Positions 58,978 to 64,000 of a DNA stretch of 64,000 nucleotides are shown here, piece after piece. The position numbers and the translations under genes were made by a program. Source of the DNA: Amphiscolops sp. MND2022 (Eukaryota); NCBI GenBank assembly GCA_964187785.1, contig OZ076418.1:21948001-22012000 (forward strand), written 5' to 3'. The notes beneath the pieces are model-generated. The model was not told the DNA's origin and did not search any database. It worked only from the letters and a program-made list of their open reading frames with translations. Position 1 is the stretch's first letter; the number at the start of each line of letters is the position of its first letter.

Positions 58978-61900
58978 TGTCGTGTTTCTCGTTGATCAAA
59001 ACGCTTTTCTATAAAGGTTAGTATTCTGTAGATGGCAGATATCAAAGCACATATCAAAGGGACATCGACATCTAAAACAAAACATAAGTCAATTACAGCA
59101 ATATATAATAAAGGCATAAATCAGTATACACAACATCCCCCTTCCAAGAGTTCATAGCTACTTGCAAATGAAGTCACTGAATCTTGGGTTCGGTTTCCTG
59201 ACTCGTGCAGACTTCCTGAGCGGGACCTCGGGAGTAGTAGAAGACTCTACAACCAAAGACGAGCCTCTACTAGTTTGTTCCGCCACGCCCGTGGTCGTAG
59301 TACCATCTGTAGTTGATGTAGCCGTCACTAGGTCCGGGGCAGCGGTAGTTGGACTGGCAAAGGGAGCAATTTGACTAGTACCTGCTAGAATTGTTCTCTC
59401 GGACCCGTCTGAATCTTCCTTAGTGAGCCACGCTGTATTATTGCCCTTCCGAACGACATACCTCGCAGGAAAAGACTCAGTGTGAGGTCCAGCACGGAAA
59501 ACTACGCGCTCTCCGATGGGATAATTGATGACAGCAGGAAGTCGCATTTTCCTTCCAAGCAGAACTTCTGAGGGAGTCTTCCCTCTCACGGAAGAAGTGT
59601 TACGGTGTGTGAACAGGACTCCCTGCAGAAATGCATGGAAACTGACACGAAGAGACAAGTTCCATGCCCTCATGTTCCATGCTTTCTTTACAGTCTGCAC
59701 AGCCCGTTCGGCAAGTCCATTACTCCTTGGATTGTAGATTGGGCTCTCTAATTTGGTGCAGCCTTGAGCCTGTAACTACGTGATAACTTTGTCGTTGATA
59801 AATTTTTTTGCATTGTCGAAAAATAAAGTGTGTGGGAATCCAAATCTCCCAAAAATGGCGGACAGACAATGTATGACTTTTTCCGTGTGCCGATCGCCGC
59901 AAATGAACGCTTCTATCCAACCAGAACCAGCGTCGACAAAGATAAGAATGTTGCCTACTTCTTGAATAAAAGCCCAATCTATGTGTAGTCTCCCCCATGG
60001 TTGTGCATCTGGCCAAGTATCGATCGATTTCTCAGTTCGTGGTCGGATTTTTGCACACTCAGAGCAGGCACTTATGAATTTTTCAACATCTTTTCCGACC
60101 TCAGGCCACCAAGACATTAGCTTCACCATGTTCTCAGTCGCCTGGGCACCAGGGTGTGTGTCAAGGGCTCGTTCAATTACGATGTTTCGCATTCTTGGTG
60201 GGGTGTAAGGTCTAGTTCCGTTGTACAGCAGCCCGTTCTCGACTGTGAGGAAACCAGATACTTTCTTGAAAGTACTCTCTACTTGAGTACATGCTTTCCA
60301 ATAGCCATCGATTACCCGCCTGATAACTCGCTTCGCCGATTCATCGCGTTCACATTCCCTCCTCAACTCTTCGAATGGAATGAGTTTATGCTCGGCATAA
60401 TGAACACAGAATTCATCAAGATTGGAACTTGAGTAGTCGACTAGATTGCACTCGTCGTCATCTTTACCGAAATTCAGTCTACTCATGGCGTCAGCATGAG
60501 GAATCGATGAACCTTCTTTGTATTTAATCTCATAATCAAAGGCCATAAGCGAAATTGCCCATCTTGTGATTCTCGCTGATACGGTTTTAGGGAGTTCCTT
60601 GTTTGGAGCAAATATGAATTCTAGGGGACGATTATCAAATTCGAGGTTGAATTTCCGGCCAAGTAAAAACTGCTTCAAGCGTTTTACTACAAAAACAATC
60701 GCTAGGGCTTCTCGCTCAATGTTAGAGTACCTTTGCTCAGCTTGAGACAATGTCTTCGATACATAAATTACAGGGTGCCCCTCTTGAGATAAAACTCCGC
60801 CAAAAGCTTTCTCAGACGCATCAGTCGTGATCGTTACTTCCTTTTTCAGAGAATAGGACTGAACAAAAGGTTTCGATGCTAGCTCAGATTTCAGCCTTTC
60901 GGATGCACGTTGACATTTGTCGGTCCACTGGAACTCAGCCTCCGACTTCTTCCTCAGATCAGATATTGGGGCAATTTTCGACGTGAAGTTTGAGATGAAC
61001 CGACCGTAGAAAATGACCAATCCACAAAATTGTTCGACTTCCTTAACACTTGAGGAGGATGGATTTTCTTGACTTTTTTTGACAAGGTGATCATCGGGCT
61101 CAATCACGCTTCCTGAAATTGTAAAACCGAGAAAAGTATTTTTCTCCATGACATTTCCAGATTTGATTTCGTTTATGGTGAACCCCTTGTCTTTCAGGCG
61201 ATCCTGAACTGCTCTCCAACGCTTCTCACATTGACTTTTTGTTCTTCCGTGTACCAGTACGTCATCCTGGAAACAGATAGTTCCGGCCAATCCTTTGAGA
61301 GTGTTCTCGATTGTTCGCTGGAACATTCCGGATGCATTTTTCATTCCTTGAGGTAGTCTGGGTAACTTGAAGAGACCCAGCGTTGTGTTGATGACACAAA
61401 TTTCCTGCGCTGCATCATCCAGCATTATTTGGTAATTAGCAGATGATAAGTCAATCTTGACGTAAAACTTTGATCCTTCCAGCTCGTGAAATAATGTTTT
61501 CATGTCGGGAAGAGGGTAGTCTTCAGTCATGATCTTATCGTTCACATGAACTTTGAAGTCTGCACAAAGTCGAAAAAATCCGTCTTTCTTCCTTTGCCAC
61601 GCGACTGGCGAGGCATTCATGGCACCTCCTGGATCGACTGGGGCAATGATTCCTTGTGCCTGAAATTTCGCCAATTCAATCCTGACCTGGTCTTCCATGG
61701 CAAGTGGTACTTTTCGAGCGCGACAGAAAACAGGTTTTGCGTTAGGCTTCAGTTTGATGGTGTCTTTAACTCCTTCAATTGCAGGCAAGACTTACATCAG
61801 ACAGAGACACGTTGTGAATGTGATCAACTCGGGTCACGTCTCTGCCGATCAATCCAATTTCTTTCTCGGACTCGATAACTGCAACGTCAACGCTATGAGT

Positions 61901-64000
61901 TTTTTTTCCCAAAGAATCTCACACTTTAGATGACCAAGATAAAGCATTCGTGTCCATCATATGCTTCAATCCATCGGGGGCTAGTGCTCAATGTAGGAGA
62001 GCCAATTTCCTGCCAAATTTTTGTTGAAATAATAGTCACTGAAGATCCAGTGTCGTTCTGCATTCGAACGTCATGACCATTTATCTTGATGCTATGAAAT
62101 TCAGCTTTGCTTCCAATGTGATGGATTTCCTCTACAGTTGCGACTTGTTCGGCATAATACATGGTTTCCTCAGACGAGGCGGAATTTTCGAATTCTTGTT
62201 CTTCACAAGTATGGTACACTGATGCATTTGATTTTCGATAGGTTTTCCCTTCAGTTCGCGAGGCTTCTTTACTTTTAGGTTTGCACATTCTGGAATAGTG
62301 TCCTCGCTTCGAACAATTGTGGCACTTTTTATCCTTGGCAGGGCACTCATGAAGTAAATGGAATGGCTTTCGTCCACATCGTCCACACTGCTCTGGCTTC
62401 TGACGGCGACTCAGATCTTTTTTTCATTATTGAGGCCGCGTTTTTCCGCATATGCAACTACACTTGAAGTTGACTGATGAACAGAGCTCTCAGCAAATCT
62501 CTTGGCTTCGGTTCTGTATTGAATAAGCTGAAGCAGTTCTTCCACAGTCAAGTTGTCGTTTGCTCTGAGTGCTTCAAGCAACTTGAGCTTTGATTCGCTG
62601 TCTCGTAGTCCTGCGATGAATTGTAATCGGATCATTTCAGCTTCAGGAGAAATCCGGAGAAGCTTTGAGATCGACAAACTTACAATAACGCGCAGCCTTT
62701 CGGAGCCTAGCAAGGTAGTCGGTTTCTGCTTCTTCTCCCTCTTGAGACATCTGAAGGAAGCCAGTGCGTTCTGCAACCACCAGTCTCTCTTGTGGCTTCA
62801 AGTAATTTATGAGATCCTTACGAATGTCTATGAATTTCATGTATTCAATGTTTCTGGGCGCGACGAGGCTACTGAGCTTTGTCAACGCTTCGAGGCCGCA
62901 TTGGTTCATGAAGAAATCAGTCACCTGATAATCTTTTGCTATGGCAGCAACAGCTGGCCGTCCACTAGTTCCAGGTGTTGCGTCGATGTCCCTTTTCTTT
63001 TCAACACGCGCTCGCGCCTCGAACGCCTTGAGCCACATAAAAGCTTGATCGGGTTCCTTGAGGTTCAATTCCGGTTTACCCATTGATTTTTGTAATAATT
63101 TAAAAAAAATAAGATTCGAACAATTTTTGTCCTTATGACTAAGAATTACTAAGGGGAGTTTAAGTCCAAGACTCAAAAACCTCACCTTTAATTCGAAAAG
63201 CTATAAAGAGGTAACAACAGCGGCTCTGAGTCCGAGACTCTAAAAGCTCACCTTTAGTTGTCTTCTCTTTTTCTCTTAGCCTCTCTTCGTTGCTCGTGAG
63301 TTCTTCGCTTGGTGCCTCTTGTTTTCAAGATCTTCCGCTGGTTCGGATAATAATGTAGAACTACACCTAGGGATATGAGTTCGAGATCGCTGGATTGATG
63401 CAAGGCTTTTTACTTCTCGACGAGTACTTCACGGCGCTGCTCTGACTTGCTCAAAATATCTGTCGTGACTTGGATGATTGGGCAGTCCAATGTTCTCAGG
63501 TCTTCAAAAATATTCGGGGACCCTGTACGCTGACAATAATCTATGCCGCATAAGTTTGTTAGACTTCTCAATGAAGCCACTAGCTGATTTACACATTGCG
63601 GTTGATAGTTGTTACTTGTGTGATAGTATTGTTAATCAGATCGTGCCACAGGATTATTCTCGTATTTCTCAGTTCTTCGGATTTTAGATAGTTGTAAACG
63701 TCTTTTGACTTGTTCACAGACTCTGGGTTCAGGCTAAAACCGGGACCGGCATGGACGAAGTTGGTAGTTGTTTACGCAACTTGATTTGAAGTTCTTCAAT
63801 TGAGTTGTACAGGGAACTGCCAGCAATAATTTTGAGCATGCTAACCATGAAATGAATCCTGGTCTGGACACCAATTGTCGTGTTTCTCGTTGATTTAAAG
63901 GCTTTTCTATAAAAGTTAGTGTTCTGTAGACGGCAGTTATCAAAGCACATATCAAAAGGACATCGACATCTAAAATAAAACATAGGTCAATTACAGCAAA
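58978..64000 (-). mobile_element. Ty3/Gypsy (K02A2.6/Mag-like) LTR retrotransposon, decayed; the 5' LTR runs off the window
   Basis: LTR 58978-59135 (TG..CA) matches 63876-64000; PPT GGAAGGGGGA; PBS TGGTGTCCAGACCAGGATTC; gag ~62300-63083 with CCHC; protease NDTGSS; RT-RH-IN at 59158-61788. Confidence 0.95.
59158..62288 (-). pseudogene. pol of the second Gypsy element (PR, RT, RNase H, integrase), frameshifted
   Basis: IDLSSANYQ, LPQGMKNAS, FQDDVLV, TTDASEKAFGGVL, YSNIEREAL, WGRLHIDW, FDNA, TPSEVLLGR. Confidence 0.92.

Overview
AT-rich, intron-rich invertebrate (metazoan) genomic DNA; the species cannot be determined from the sequence. The only host gene is a minus-strand receptor-type guanylyl cyclase (natriuretic-peptide-receptor-like). 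Seven coding exons were traced by hand from 38389 down to 1276, with in-phase GT-AG junctions and two giant introns (~16.5 kb and ~15 kb); the rest of the cyclase domain lies left of the window. Almost everything else is transposon-derived: a BEL/Pao remnant, two Ty3/Gypsy (Mag/K02A2.6-like) LTR elements inserted 188 bp apart in the RT of an APE-type LINE, a CRE-like LINE fragment holding a 5-level nested insertion, Penelope, hAT, Gypsy and L2/CR1-like remnants, many MITEs (TA, 3-bp and 8-9-bp TSDs) and a recent 1.89-kb tandem duplication with a perfect fold-back junction. The most unusual signal is a Helentron/HINE-like non-autonomous family. Its sub-terminal inverted repeats co-vary, its 3' hairpin shows compensatory changes, and it carries a tRNA-like Pol III cassette ~110-140 bp from the 5' end. 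A second unusual family is hairpin-rich, with different bodies sharing one terminal module. All alignments were done by eye; no database searches were run.
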